Below, piece by piece: positions 46,748 through 56,315 of a stretch of 64,000 bases of DNA. Each line of letters begins with the position of its first letter. Position 1 is the first letter of the stretch. Origin of the DNA: an uncultured Bdellovibrionales bacterium (GTDB taxonomy: Bacteria > Patescibacteriota > Minisyncoccia > Moranbacterales > UBA1568); NCBI GenBank assembly GCA_964384235.1, contig CAYLJX010000001.1:241709-305708 (forward strand), given 5' to 3'. The position numbers were made by a program, and so were the translations under genes. The notes below the pieces were generated by a model that was not told the DNA's origin, searched no databases, and saw only the letters and a program-made list of their open reading frames with translations.

Positions 46748-48037
46748 ATGACACAATCAACTCAGAAGACGGTATGCGTGGTCGGTCTCGGGTATGTGGG
46801 TTTGCCTTTGGCTGTCCGTGCCCGGGAACGCGGCTATCGCGTCATCGGCTTCGATACGAACGAGGAAAAGATCACCCTCATCAACGAGGGCAAGAGCCCG
46901 ATCATGGAAGAGTTCCTGGAAACGCGCATAGGACAGTTCCACCCGGAAGCGACCAGCGACCCGGCCATGATCAAGGAAGCCGACATCGTCCTCATCTGCG
47001 TCCCCACTCCGGTCGACGAGATGCGCAATCCCGACTACGGTCCGGTGGAAGACGCCTCGCGTCTCATCGCTTCCAATCTCAAGAAAGGCGCCCTCGTCGT
47101 CCTCGAATCGACCGTCAACCCTGGCGTAAGCGAAGAGATCGTCGCCCCTATCTTCGAAGCGGCCGGTCATACGGTCAGTACCGATGTCTACCTCGCCCAC
47201 TGCCCGGAGCGCATCAATCCCGGTGACAAGAAGTGGAACGTGACCAACATCCCGCGCGTCCTCGGTTCTTTCGACGAAAAGGGGCTCTCGATCGGATTGG
47301 AATTCTACCGCTCCATCGTCGATGCCGAAATCCGCCCGATGAAATCCATCCGCGAAGCCGAAGCGGTCAAGATCCTCGAAAACTCCTTCCGTAACGTGAA
47401 CATCGCTTTCGTCAATGAGCTGGCGCGCTCCTTCGCAAGGCTCGATATCGACGTCAAGGACGTCATCGACGGTGCTGCTACCAAACCGTTTGCCTTCATG
47501 GCCCACTATCCGTCCTGCGGTATCGGCGGCCACTGCATCCCGGTCGATCCGTACTATCTCGTCGAATACGCGAGGAAGACCTCCGACTTCGACCACAAAT
47601 TCCTCTCGCTCGCCCTCGAGATCAACCGCGACATGCCGGTCTATACCGTCGAACTCCTGCAGGATGCGCTGAACGAAGTGAGGCTCCCGATGAACGGCAC
47701 GAAAGTCGCCGTACTCGGTATTGCCTACAAGGCGAACGTCGACGACTCGCGCGAATCGCCGGCGTTCGAGATCATCAAGCATTTGAAAAAGCATCACTGC
47801 CAGGTAGAGACATACGACCCGTACATCCTCAGGGAATCCACCATGAAGAACCTCGATGAGATCCTCGCTGCCTGCGACGCCGCCGTCCTCGTCACCAACC
47901 ACAAGGATTTCGTGGAGAGCGTCACTCCTGAGCTTCTCAAGAAGCACGATATCAAGGTCATCATCGACGGCAAGAACTGCCTCGACAAAGAAGCTTTCAA
48001 ACAGTCAGGGATCGTCTATCACGGGATAGGACGGTGA
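46748..48037 (+). CDS. UDP-sugar (UDP-GlcNAc/UDP-ManNAc) 6-dehydrogenase family
   Basis: 429 aa. N-terminal Rossmann fold (VCVVGLGYVGLPLA), catalytic Cys region and C-terminal domain motif AYKANVDDSRESPA. Confidence 0.85.
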   Translation: MTQSTQKTVCVVGLGYVGLPLAVRARERGYRVIGFDTNEEKITLINEGKSPIMEEFLETRIGQFHPEATSDPAMIKEADIVLICVPTPVDEMRNPDYGPVEDASRLIASNLKKGALVVLESTVNPGVSEEIVAPIFEAAGHTVSTDVYLAHCPERINPGDKKWNVTNIPRVLGSFDEKGLSIGLEFYRSIVDAEIRPMKSIREAEAVKILENSFRNVNIAFVNELARSFARLDIDVKDVIDGAATKPFAFMAHYPSCGIGGHCIPVDPYYLVEYARKTSDFDHKFLSLALEINRDMPVYTVELLQDALNEVRLPMNGTKVAVLGIAYKANVDDSRESPAFEIIKHLKKHHCQVETYDPYILRESTMKNLDEILAACDAAVLVTNHKDFVESVTPELLKKHDIKVIIDGKNCLDKEAFKQSGIVYHGIGR

Positions 48038-48039
48038 TT

Positions 48040-48130
48040 CAGTTGTCCAGCTAACGGGTTAAAAAGTTAACGGGTTAAAGAATACCGATCGGAACTCGTT
48101 AACCCGTGAACCCGTTAACGGAAAAACAGA
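48040..48130. repeat. GTTAAC-containing palindromic element (8-nt periodic arms)
   Basis: Left arm gttaacgg gttaaaaa gttaacgg gttaaag. Right arm cgttaacc cgtgaacc cgttaacg. A second copy follows the small gene at 48381-48472. Confidence 0.55.
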
Positions 48131-48134
48131 ACGT

Positions 48135-48380
48135 ATGTTCGGCATCATCAAGCTCATCATCTGGATCGCGGGGGTGGCGGCTATCGCCTATTTCGCGTTG
48201 CCCTACTTCGGCTATGAGGTGAACCTCAACTATTGGAACGAGCGCAAGGCGGCGTGTCAGGAGAAACTCCAGCAGTGCCAAAAGGATCTCATCAAGACCG
48301 GTCTCGACGGCGCCAAAGAGAAGTGCAATATCCAGTGCGTCGACCCGCAACTGCTGATACGGAAATCCGAAGACAATTAA
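48135..48380 (+). CDS. Hypothetical small membrane protein (81 aa) with 4 Cys in the C-terminal half
   Basis: N-terminal TM helix. Flanked on both sides by copies of the GTTAAC element. Confidence 0.35.
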   Translation: MFGIIKLIIWIAGVAAIAYFALPYFGYEVNLNYWNERKAACQEKLQQCQKDLIKTGLDGAKEKCNIQCVDPQLLIRKSEDN

Positions 48381-48472
48381 TCAGTTAACGAGTTAAAAAG
48401 TTAACGAGTTCGGATACGGAATCCCGGTTTCAACCCGTTAACCCGTGAACCTTTTAACCGTATAACAGAAAA
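48381..48472. repeat. Second copy of the GTTAAC-containing palindromic element
   Basis: cagttaacgagttaaaaagttaacgagtt ... aacccgttaacccgtgaaccttttaaccg. Confidence 0.55.
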
Positions 48473-48475
48473 AAT

Positions 48476-49444
48476 ATGCGCCTCATCGTCAACCTGCCGG
48501 CTTACAATGAAGAAGAGAAGCTCGGAGAAACCATCCACAGGATCCCCCGCCAGTTCGACGGCATCGACGAGGTGCTCGTCCAGGTGATCGATGACGGATC
48601 GCAGGACCGCACCATGGAAGTCGCGAAACAAGCGGGGGCCGATTTTGTCTACACGAACGGCGTCAACCGCGGCATCGGCAAGACGTTCCGTCACGCCGCC
48701 TTCCGTGCGCTCGAGAACGGCGCCGACATCATGGTCAATATCGACGCTGACGGCCAGTTCGATCCACAGGATATTTCCAAGCTCATCGCCCCGATCCTCG
48801 CAAACGAAGTCGACATGGTGAGCGCCGACCGATTCGATCACCTCAAGGCCAAGAACATCCCCTGGGTCAAGGACACGCTGAACCGCCTGGCTGCCAAGCT
48901 CATCGGCAGTTTCATGAACGTCAATATCAAGGACCTCACCTGTGGATTCCGCGCCTATTCTCGCGAGACGCTTCTCAAGCTCAACCTCCCCGGCGACTTC
49001 ACCTACACGCAGGAAACCATCATCGACGCCCTCGGCAAGGATCTCAAGATCCTCTGGGTCCCCGTCGAGGTCACCTATTTCGCCGAGCGCAAGTCGCGCG
49101 TGGTGCGAAGCGTCTGGAAGTACGTCTCTAACAGCTTCCGTCTGATCCTCAAGACCGTCCGCGACGTGCGACCCATGAAGTTCTTCGGCGTGCCGGGACT
49201 CGCCCTCGTCACGCTCGGGGTCACCGTCTTCATCGTCTTCCTCTTTCTCTACTTCCAGGAGTTCAAGATCACCCCGTATCGCAACTACCTCTGGTTTGCG
49301 TCCGTCACCTTCCTCATCGGGCTGCAGTTCCTCATCTTCGCCTTCATCGCCGACATGATCAAGTCGAGCCGCAAGCTGACGGAAGACATGATGTACCAGT
49401 TCAAGAAAGACAAATACAAAAAACAGTCAACAATTAACAGTTAA
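48476..49444 (+). CDS. Glycosyltransferase family 2 with C-terminal TM helices (GtrB/ArnC-like polyprenyl-phosphate glycosyltransferase)
   Basis: GT-A domain (VIDDGSQDRT, DADGQ) plus two C-terminal TM helices, the architecture of bactoprenol-phosphate sugar transferases. Confidence 0.8.
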   Translation: MRLIVNLPAYNEEEKLGETIHRIPRQFDGIDEVLVQVIDDGSQDRTMEVAKQAGADFVYTNGVNRGIGKTFRHAAFRALENGADIMVNIDADGQFDPQDISKLIAPILANEVDMVSADRFDHLKAKNIPWVKDTLNRLAAKLIGSFMNVNIKDLTCGFRAYSRETLLKLNLPGDFTYTQETIIDALGKDLKILWVPVEVTYFAERKSRVVRSVWKYVSNSFRLILKTVRDVRPMKFFGVPGLALVTLGVTVFIVFLFLYFQEFKITPYRNYLWFASVTFLIGLQFLIFAFIADMIKSSRKLTEDMMYQFKKDKYKKQSTINS

Positions 49445-49461
49445 CTTCGGGTCCACGCCTT

Positions 49462-49492
49462 TGTTCTCTGTTTACTGTTAGCTGTTAACTGT
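49462..49492 (+). repeat. Tandem heptamers (CTGTTNN x4) immediately upstream of the GT4 ATG
   Basis: ctgttta ctgttag ctgttaa ctgttat then ATG. No Shine-Dalgarno sequence. The same motif family occurs in the FtsA-like leader. Confidence 0.55.
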
Positions 49493-49493
49493 T

Positions 49494-50582
49494 ATGAAGA
49501 TTCTTTTCATATCGAGAGCGTATCCCCCTGTGGTAGGTGGCATCGAGAACCAGAACTACGAGCTCTCGGTGTGGCTCCCGAAACTCGCAGAGACCAGGAC
49601 GATCGCCAATACGCGCGGGAAACCTTTTCTCCCTTTTTTTACCCCTTACGCCCTTTTGAGGGCCATTTTTCTCGTGCCGCGTTACGACGTGCTTCTTCTC
49701 GGTGACGGCGTCCTCGGCATCGTCGGCTGGTTCGTGAAATTTTTCTATCCGAAGAAAACCGTCGTCTCGGTCGTCCACGGTCTCGATCTCACGTTCACGA
49801 GCGGTATTTACCAACGCTTCTGGGTACGGAAATTCCTGCCCGCGCTCGACGGACTGATAGCCGTCGGAAATGAGACCATCCGTCAGGGTGTCGCCCGCGG
49901 CATCCCGGAAGACAAATTCTTCTTCGTCCCTAACGGCGTGGACACGGAGAAATATTTCGGCAGACACGATCGCAAGGAACTGGAAAAGATTCTCGGCCTC
50001 CCGCTCGAAGGCAAACGTGTCCTCCTCACATCCGGCCGCCTCGCGAAACGAAAGGGTGTCGCCTGGTTCATCCGCTCTGTCATGCCGAAACTTCCGGAGA
50101 ACATCCTCTACGTCGTCGCCGGTGACGGGGCCGACCGGGAAAACATCAATCGAGCGGTGCAGGAAACCGGCCTCGCCTCGCGCGTGAAACTCCTCGGCTA
50201 TGTTTCGGACGAAGTACGAAACGTCCTCCTCAACACCAGCGACCTCTTCATCCAGCCCAATATCCGGGTCAAGGGGGACATGGAAGGCTTCGGTATCTCC
50301 GTCATCGAGGCCGCTTCATGCGAACTCCCCGTCATCGCCTCGCGCCTCGAAGGTCTCCAGGACGCCATCCAGGACGGCGAGAACGGCCTCCTGGTAGAAA
50401 CGGAAGATGCCGACGGATATGTCTCCGCTATCACAGGACTCCTCGATGATCTCGCCCGTCTCAGTGACTTCAAATCAGAAGTCCGACGCTACACAGTGGA
50501 ACATTTCTCCTGGGAACACATAGCCTCGCGCTACATCGCCGTGCTGGAAAAAATCGCTGAAATGGGGCATAATGGGAAGTAA
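49494..50582 (+). CDS. Glycosyltransferase family 1 (GT4-type)
   Basis: 362 aa. EGFGISVIEAASCELPVIAS motif and N-terminal GT-B domain. Confidence 0.8.
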   Translation: MKILFISRAYPPVVGGIENQNYELSVWLPKLAETRTIANTRGKPFLPFFTPYALLRAIFLVPRYDVLLLGDGVLGIVGWFVKFFYPKKTVVSVVHGLDLTFTSGIYQRFWVRKFLPALDGLIAVGNETIRQGVARGIPEDKFFFVPNGVDTEKYFGRHDRKELEKILGLPLEGKRVLLTSGRLAKRKGVAWFIRSVMPKLPENILYVVAGDGADRENINRAVQETGLASRVKLLGYVSDEVRNVLLNTSDLFIQPNIRVKGDMEGFGISVIEAASCELPVIASRLEGLQDAIQDGENGLLVETEDADGYVSAITGLLDDLARLSDFKSEVRRYTVEHFSWEHIASRYIAVLEKIAEMGHNGK

Positions 50583-52486
50583 TGACCTCCCTTTTGTATC
50601 CAATCTTGTTTCTTCTGGCGCTGCCCCTGGTACTCTTTCTGCCGGGGTGGGCATTCGTCGCTTTCCTCGAACGGAAAGGTGATATTTTTACCGCACTGGA
50701 ACGGGCCGTACTCGCCGTGGCCATGAGCCTCGTATCCGTGGATGCGATCTTTCTCATCCTCGATCGTCTGCATGTCCCGCTTCGCACCGCGACGATTCTT
50801 CCTGTCATTGTCATATTCAGCCTCATATTCTTTTTTCTTGGAAAGAAGAAAATCCCGCAGGAAAAGACCGGACCGACGAAAACGGTTCCCATCGCTTTCC
50901 TCGTCATTCTCGCCGCGATCGTCGCCATCAAGACGGTCTATTTCCTCCCCTCCGTCATCCCGAACTCGACCGACCTCGGCCACCACATGTACTGGGTCAA
51001 GCAGCTCGTGACCGAACAGTCGATCCCGGAATACGCCGAACGTGAGATCATCCAGAAAGACGGGAAATATGTCATCGGTGAACCCGAGCCGATCTCCGAT
51101 TTCATCGTCGGCGAACACCTCGTCCTCTCGGCCATCCAGATGCTCTCCGGCATGGAGTTCGACTCTGTCTATCCGTCGCTCACGCTCTTTTTCATCCACC
51201 TTTTCACGGCCATCGCTCTCTACGTCCTGGCGCTCCGTCTCTTCGCCGGAACGAAATACCAGGAAAAAATCGCCCTCACGGCCCTTCTCCTCATCGGCCT
51301 CCTCTATTCCTTCTCACCGCCGGAGATGAAGTACATCCTCGGAGGCGTAGTCGGAAACACGTTCGGGAACCTCCTCATCCCTGCGATCTTTCTCCTCCTT
51401 GTCATCGCCCTCCGCCTGCGACGCCCAGACCTTCTCGCCACGGCTGTCCTCCTCATGTTCGGCCTCGCCTACACGCACCACCTCTCGACCCTCCTCTTTG
51501 CCATCGTCCTTGTCTCGGTCGCTTTCTTTCTCATTCTCCTCAACCGACGCTTCGTCCGAGACAACATCCTCCCTCTCGTTTTTTCAAGAAACGTCCTTTC
51601 GGTCTTCACGCTCTGTCTCATCTTTTTCTTTCTTGTCTGGACGCCTTCCTACATCCGAAACAGCGCCGTGAACACCGTCATCGGAGCGCCCACTGCGAGC
51701 GAACACCTCGGCTTCTCCTTTTCCCAGCTCAAATTCGCCGTCGGTGAACCCCGCATGATGTTCGGTCTCCTCGGTATCATTCTCCTTCTCGCCTCCAAGA
51801 AACTGCGGACTTCCGAGACGGCCGCCCTCCTTCTCGGCTGGACCCTGCCGCTCATCCTCCTCGTCATGGAACCGGATCTCACCCGCATCGATCTCCCTTC
51901 GGGTCGGGTCGCCAATTATGCCATCTTTCCCCTCGTGCTCCTCGCCTCCTTCGCCCTGGTGTGGGTCCTGGAAAAGATGAAGAAGCAGTCTTTTCTCCCG
52001 GTCTTTCTCAGGAATGGTGTCTTCTTCCTGCTCTTCCTCCTCATCATGCACAACGGCTTTTTCGACAACAGCTTCTATCAGAGAGGTAAAAACGAAGGCG
52101 CCCGAAAAATGCTCTCGCTTCGGGATGCCTCGCAGTACCTCGGAGAGACGCTTCCCCCGGAAGCCGCCGCCGTCCATGACCACATCAACATCCTCGGTGA
52201 TTCCTGGATCAAACTTTCCTTCATGCGCGATTACAACTTCCCCTTTTACCGCGCCAATCTCTTCCGATATGAGCGCATCACCGACAAGCAGGAGAAGTGC
52301 ACGCTCTACATGATCAGCCAGCCGAACTCCGCCGACGCTACCAAATGTCTCCAAGACCTCGATGTAAAAGCCATCCTCGTGAATGAGTCCATAGACGGGC
52401 CGCAGTTCCGGCACTTCCGCAATTTCTCCCTCACGTATAATGGCCCGTATTATTCGACGTACTGGCACGCTCCTCTGAAAAAGTAA
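50582..52486 (+). CDS. Polytopic membrane protein, possible GT-C-type glycosyltransferase or polymerase
   Basis: 634 aa with about 13 N-terminal TM helices and a C-terminal soluble domain. No DE motif. Start overlaps the upstream stop (TAATG). Confidence 0.5.
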   Translation: MTSLLYPILFLLALPLVLFLPGWAFVAFLERKGDIFTALERAVLAVAMSLVSVDAIFLILDRLHVPLRTATILPVIVIFSLIFFFLGKKKIPQEKTGPTKTVPIAFLVILAAIVAIKTVYFLPSVIPNSTDLGHHMYWVKQLVTEQSIPEYAEREIIQKDGKYVIGEPEPISDFIVGEHLVLSAIQMLSGMEFDSVYPSLTLFFIHLFTAIALYVLALRLFAGTKYQEKIALTALLLIGLLYSFSPPEMKYILGGVVGNTFGNLLIPAIFLLLVIALRLRRPDLLATAVLLMFGLAYTHHLSTLLFAIVLVSVAFFLILLNRRFVRDNILPLVFSRNVLSVFTLCLIFFFLVWTPSYIRNSAVNTVIGAPTASEHLGFSFSQLKFAVGEPRMMFGLLGIILLLASKKLRTSETAALLLGWTLPLILLVMEPDLTRIDLPSGRVANYAIFPLVLLASFALVWVLEKMKKQSFLPVFLRNGVFFLLFLLIMHNGFFDNSFYQRGKNEGARKMLSLRDASQYLGETLPPEAAAVHDHINILGDSWIKLSFMRDYNFPFYRANLFRYERITDKQEKCTLYMISQPNSADATKCLQDLDVKAILVNESIDGPQFRHFRNFSLTYNGPYYSTYWHAPLKK

Positions 52487-52488
52487 CT

Positions 52489-52869
52489 ATGCAGACAATG
52501 ACTGAAAAAACGACTCTTTGGATCACGGGAGGTATCATCCTTCTCTCCTTCGCCGTGCTCCTCATCGCCGGGGAACGCGCGGTGCGGACACCCTCTGACG
52601 GACTCTGGGCGGTCTCCTTTTCCGATCCGGAAAGCCGGGAGTTTTCCTTCGATGTGAAAAACTTCGCCGGCCCTGACGCACATTTCCGCTGGTCTCTCCT
52701 TCAGGAAGGCAGGAAAGAAGAGGAAGAGATCGTCTCCGGCGCCTCTGACGTGGTAAGCAAAGCATCACTTCGCATCTCTCCAGAAACCGGGAAACTCTCC
52801 GGCAAAGTGATCATCCGCGTGACTGACGAAGCCGGCGTCACGAGAGAGCTCTACAAGATACTTCCTTAA
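52489..52869 (+). CDS. Hypothetical membrane-anchored small protein (126 aa)
   Basis: N-terminal TM helix. Lies directly after the polytopic protein. Confidence 0.35.
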   Translation: MQTMTEKTTLWITGGIILLSFAVLLIAGERAVRTPSDGLWAVSFSDPESREFSFDVKNFAGPDAHFRWSLLQEGRKEEEEIVSGASDVVSKASLRISPETGKLSGKVIIRVTDEAGVTRELYKILP

Positions 52870-52879
52870 CCCTGCCTCT

Positions 52880-54328
52880 ATGCCTACTCTTGCCCGTTCG
52901 ATTTTCTGGCTTTTCTTCGCGGAATTCGCCTTCTACATCTCCGGCTACCTCGTCCAGATGGGAGCCGGCCGGATCCTGGGACCAGCCGACTACGGCCGCT
53001 TCGGTCTGGTCGTCACGCTCACCCTCCTCGTCGCCAATCTCATCGGGAACGGCGTCCCCATCGCCATGAGCAAGTACCTGAGCGAAGCCGCCACCGTGAA
53101 ACCAGAACTCCTCGCTTCCATCAAGAGAAGAGGAGCACTCATCCAGGCACTCTTCATGGGGGCAGTGACCGTCCTGTTCTTCCTCTTCGCTCCGGGATTC
53201 TCACGCCTCATCGGCGATCCCGCGCTCGCGCCGTTCTTCACGCTCTCCGCGTTCATCATTCCCTGTTTCGCCGCGGACGCCTTTTACTTCTACTACTATT
53301 CCGGCACCAAACGCTTCAATATCCAGTCCTTCCTCAAGATCTCACGCGCTGTCATGCGCATCACCATCATCCTCGGGCTCGCCTACGCCTTCCAGCTCAA
53401 GGGCATCATCGCCGGATACATCTTCGTGCCGCTCTCCGTCTTCCTCATCGCCCTCGCCATCGATATCTTCTCCCGGAAGAATACTGAGACGAAACCCGTC
53501 GAAGCCTCCTTCCCGATCCGAAAGATCGCCCTCCTCGCCCTGCCTGTCACCGTCTTCCTCGTCCTCTCCGAGACCTTCATCTCGTTCGACATCTACCTCC
53601 TCAAATACTTCTTTCATGACGATAAGCTCGCCGGCTTCTACAACGCGGCCCTGAACGTCGCCCGCATCCCCTCCTACCTCTTCTACGCCCTCACCCTCAT
53701 CCTCCTTCCCGTGATCGCCGAATCCTCCTCGACGAACGACGTCAAGAAAATGAGCGGGATGGTGACTTTGGCGCTCCGTTTCATGCTTCTTCTCTCCTTT
53801 CCTTTCATCGTCTTTTCGACGGTTTATCCCGAGACCGTCATCGGCCTCCTCTTCGGCCACGCCTTCACTTCGGCCGCCTCGTTCCTGCCTCTCCTCTCGG
53901 TCGGCACCAGTCTCATCGCTATCTTTTATGTCCTCGCTTTCGCCTACAAAGGGATCGATCGCATCGGTATTCCGCTTCTCTTCATGGGAGCGGGGATTTT
54001 CCTTAACGTCCTCCTCGACCTTTCCCTCTTCCCTCTCATCCGGGCCGATGCCGTGCCGCTCGCCAAGGCGCTCTCCGGTCTCGTCCTCCTGCCGTTTTTT
54101 CTTGTCTCATTGAGGCGGACTTTCCAGGCCACCGTCAGTCTCGGATCATTCTCGCGGATGCTCCTCGCCGCCGCCATCCTCTTCCTCGCGGCGCGCTTCT
54201 TCGACGACTCACTCACGAGCCTCCTCATCATCGCCCCGCTTCTCACGGCCGGGTACGTCGCCATCCTCTTCTTTCTCGGAGAGATCAAAAAAGAGGACTT
54301 CGCAGTCCTCAGTCATTCTTCCAAATGA
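52880..54328 (+). CDS. Polysaccharide biosynthesis flippase (Wzx/MOP superfamily)
   Basis: 482 aa with about 14 TM helices and the N-terminal pattern of Polysacc_synt proteins. Confidence 0.75.
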   Translation: MPTLARSIFWLFFAEFAFYISGYLVQMGAGRILGPADYGRFGLVVTLTLLVANLIGNGVPIAMSKYLSEAATVKPELLASIKRRGALIQALFMGAVTVLFFLFAPGFSRLIGDPALAPFFTLSAFIIPCFAADAFYFYYYSGTKRFNIQSFLKISRAVMRITIILGLAYAFQLKGIIAGYIFVPLSVFLIALAIDIFSRKNTETKPVEASFPIRKIALLALPVTVFLVLSETFISFDIYLLKYFFHDDKLAGFYNAALNVARIPSYLFYALTLILLPVIAESSSTNDVKKMSGMVTLALRFMLLLSFPFIVFSTVYPETVIGLLFGHAFTSAASFLPLLSVGTSLIAIFYVLAFAYKGIDRIGIPLLFMGAGIFLNVLLDLSLFPLIRADAVPLAKALSGLVLLPFFLVSLRRTFQATVSLGSFSRMLLAAAILFLAARFFDDSLTSLLIIAPLLTAGYVAILFFLGEIKKEDFAVLSHSSK

Positions 54329-54371
54329 CGGAATTCGATCCGAATTTACCGTCATTGATCCTGAAACAAGT

Positions 54372-56315
54372 TCAGGATGACAAATCAGAAGTGGGATCGG
54401 ATGTAGCATCTTCCGTTTCCGGATCGTTTTGTATGTCGTTCTCCGAAGGTGCCGGGGCTTCCGGACGGCCATCGGAGGGACGGGCTCGGTAGATCTGCAC
54501 ATAGTTCTTCTCGCGGCCGTCGATGTTGAGCGTCCAAAACGGTTCCTCCTCTATCGCTTCCTGCTTCTTGAGGTCGCTCCAGATACCCTTGTTGAGGATC
54601 GAACCACGGCGTGTCTTCACGAAGTATCCTACTTCGCTTCCGGCGTATTGTTTCTTGAGATGCTTCTTGATGGTGCTCCCGGAGAGGCACTTGCCAACGA
54701 AGAAGCGGCAGAATCCGTCGTAGTCGGACCATGCGACGAGACTCTTGGCATCGGGAAGAGCATTGAGCACCGCCGCGGCCTCGTACCCGCCGTAGCCCCA
54801 CGCGCTCGAGACGATCTGCTTCTTCGGGAGAAGGTCGTTGGTATAGTTGAAATAGAACGGCACGGTCAGGGAGAGGCTGAGGAGCGATACAAGAAGGACG
54901 ACCAATGGAGCGCCATACTCGGATACCGGTTTTTCCGGAAGCTTGGAAAAAAGAACACGAAGCCCGATAGCGGCGAGCACGGCCATCGCCGGATAGAGGA
55001 GGATGCCGTAGCGGATGGTGAGAAGCACGTCCTGCATGAGCACGGCCACGTAGAAGAGCGTGATGAAGGCCCCGAGAAGAAAAGCAAGACGGTGATGTTC
55101 AAGGCGCTTCCACGGCGCGAGAAACAGCGCAAGAAGCGCCGAAAAAAGCACGAGCGGCGTGACGGAGAAAGGAAGGGTTTTCACTTCCAACTGCATCTTT
55201 TCAAAGAGAGTCAATCCGAAGGCGTCCTTGAACCGTCCGAGATCGAGCGTCACGCTCGGAACCTTGAAAAGGTTACCGCCCATCCAGTTGATGAGCGAAT
55301 AGACGAGCAGGCCGGCGATGACCCAGGTAAACAAGACGATCAGAGGCCGTTCCAAAAACGCGATCCGTCGAAGGAGTACGTAAATCGTCCGACCTCGGAG
55401 CAAGACCATGTCGAGGAGGACACCGAGCATGAGCGCTCCGACCAGGGAGATGAGCGGGAGCAGTCCCACGGACATGCGGAAGCCGATAGTGCCGGAATAG
55501 AAGTACTGAGGATGGACGAGTGCCGCCGGCATGAGGATCGCGAACACCGAAAACACGATTCCAAGGAAGGCGAAGTAGCCAAGGACTGCCTGTTTGAACT
55601 CCTGAAAGAACGTTTCCTGATCGGTTTCCGCCGCCCGGGACAGGAACCGGGCTCCGATCGCGAACGCGACGAAGAGGAGAATGAACGTCGCACTGTACTT
55701 GCTCGCGAGCGCCAAACCGCCAAGCACCCCCGCCAGGATCGCGTAGCGCCAAAACTTCGTCCGGAGAAACACGAGAAAAGAGAGGAGTGAAGCGAACCCG
55801 AACGACCACATGGTCGCGTCAGGATTGACGATCTGCGAGATCCCGAGAAGTACCGGAGAAAGAGAAATGAGTATGACAGCAAACAACGCGAGCCGTTCGT
55901 CATCGGTCACGCGGTACAGAAGGAAGAACATCAGGAGGATGAGGAGACCGTTCACGATGAGGATCGGCAGACGGTAGAAAAAGACCGTCCGCTCGTACAT
56001 CTCCGTATCGTAGATCTTCACGTACGGACTGAGACGCTCCTTGATCTTGCCTTCCGGGTGGGTATCGACGGCAAGACCGACCAGGCCGGAGACGAGCGCC
56101 GTCGTCACGCCGGGCTTGTCATTGATACGCGTCCTTTCCCAGTCCCCTGCCGACATCGCCGCGAAATACGCATGGATGCGGCCGGTCACGGGATCGGCGA
56201 ACCAGAGATCCTCATCCGCCGTGGAGAACTTCCCCAAGTGATACAGACCGAACGCGAAATACAGGGCGAGCGACAGCCCGAGAAACAGCTTGGTGCTCCG
56301 CTTCAACGTCTTCAT
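54372..56315 (-). CDS. GT-C glycosyltransferase, ArnT/PMT-like (family 39/83)
   Basis: DE motif in the first extracytoplasmic loop (FSTADEDLWFADP), about 11 TM helices, and a C-terminal soluble domain with an acidic tail. Confidence 0.7.
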   Translation of the reverse strand: MKTLKRSTKLFLGLSLALYFAFGLYHLGKFSTADEDLWFADPVTGRIHAYFAAMSAGDWERTRINDKPGVTTALVSGLVGLAVDTHPEGKIKERLSPYVKIYDTEMYERTVFFYRLPILIVNGLLILLMFFLLYRVTDDERLALFAVILISLSPVLLGISQIVNPDATMWSFGFASLLSFLVFLRTKFWRYAILAGVLGGLALASKYSATFILLFVAFAIGARFLSRAAETDQETFFQEFKQAVLGYFAFLGIVFSVFAILMPAALVHPQYFYSGTIGFRMSVGLLPLISLVGALMLGVLLDMVLLRGRTIYVLLRRIAFLERPLIVLFTWVIAGLLVYSLINWMGGNLFKVPSVTLDLGRFKDAFGLTLFEKMQLEVKTLPFSVTPLVLFSALLALFLAPWKRLEHHRLAFLLGAFITLFYVAVLMQDVLLTIRYGILLYPAMAVLAAIGLRVLFSKLPEKPVSEYGAPLVVLLVSLLSLSLTVPFYFNYTNDLLPKKQIVSSAWGYGGYEAAAVLNALPDAKSLVAWSDYDGFCRFFVGKCLSGSTIKKHLKKQYAGSEVGYFVKTRRGSILNKGIWSDLKKQEAIEEEPFWTLNIDGREKNYVQIYRARPSDGRPEAPAPSENDIQNDPETEDATSDPTSDLSS

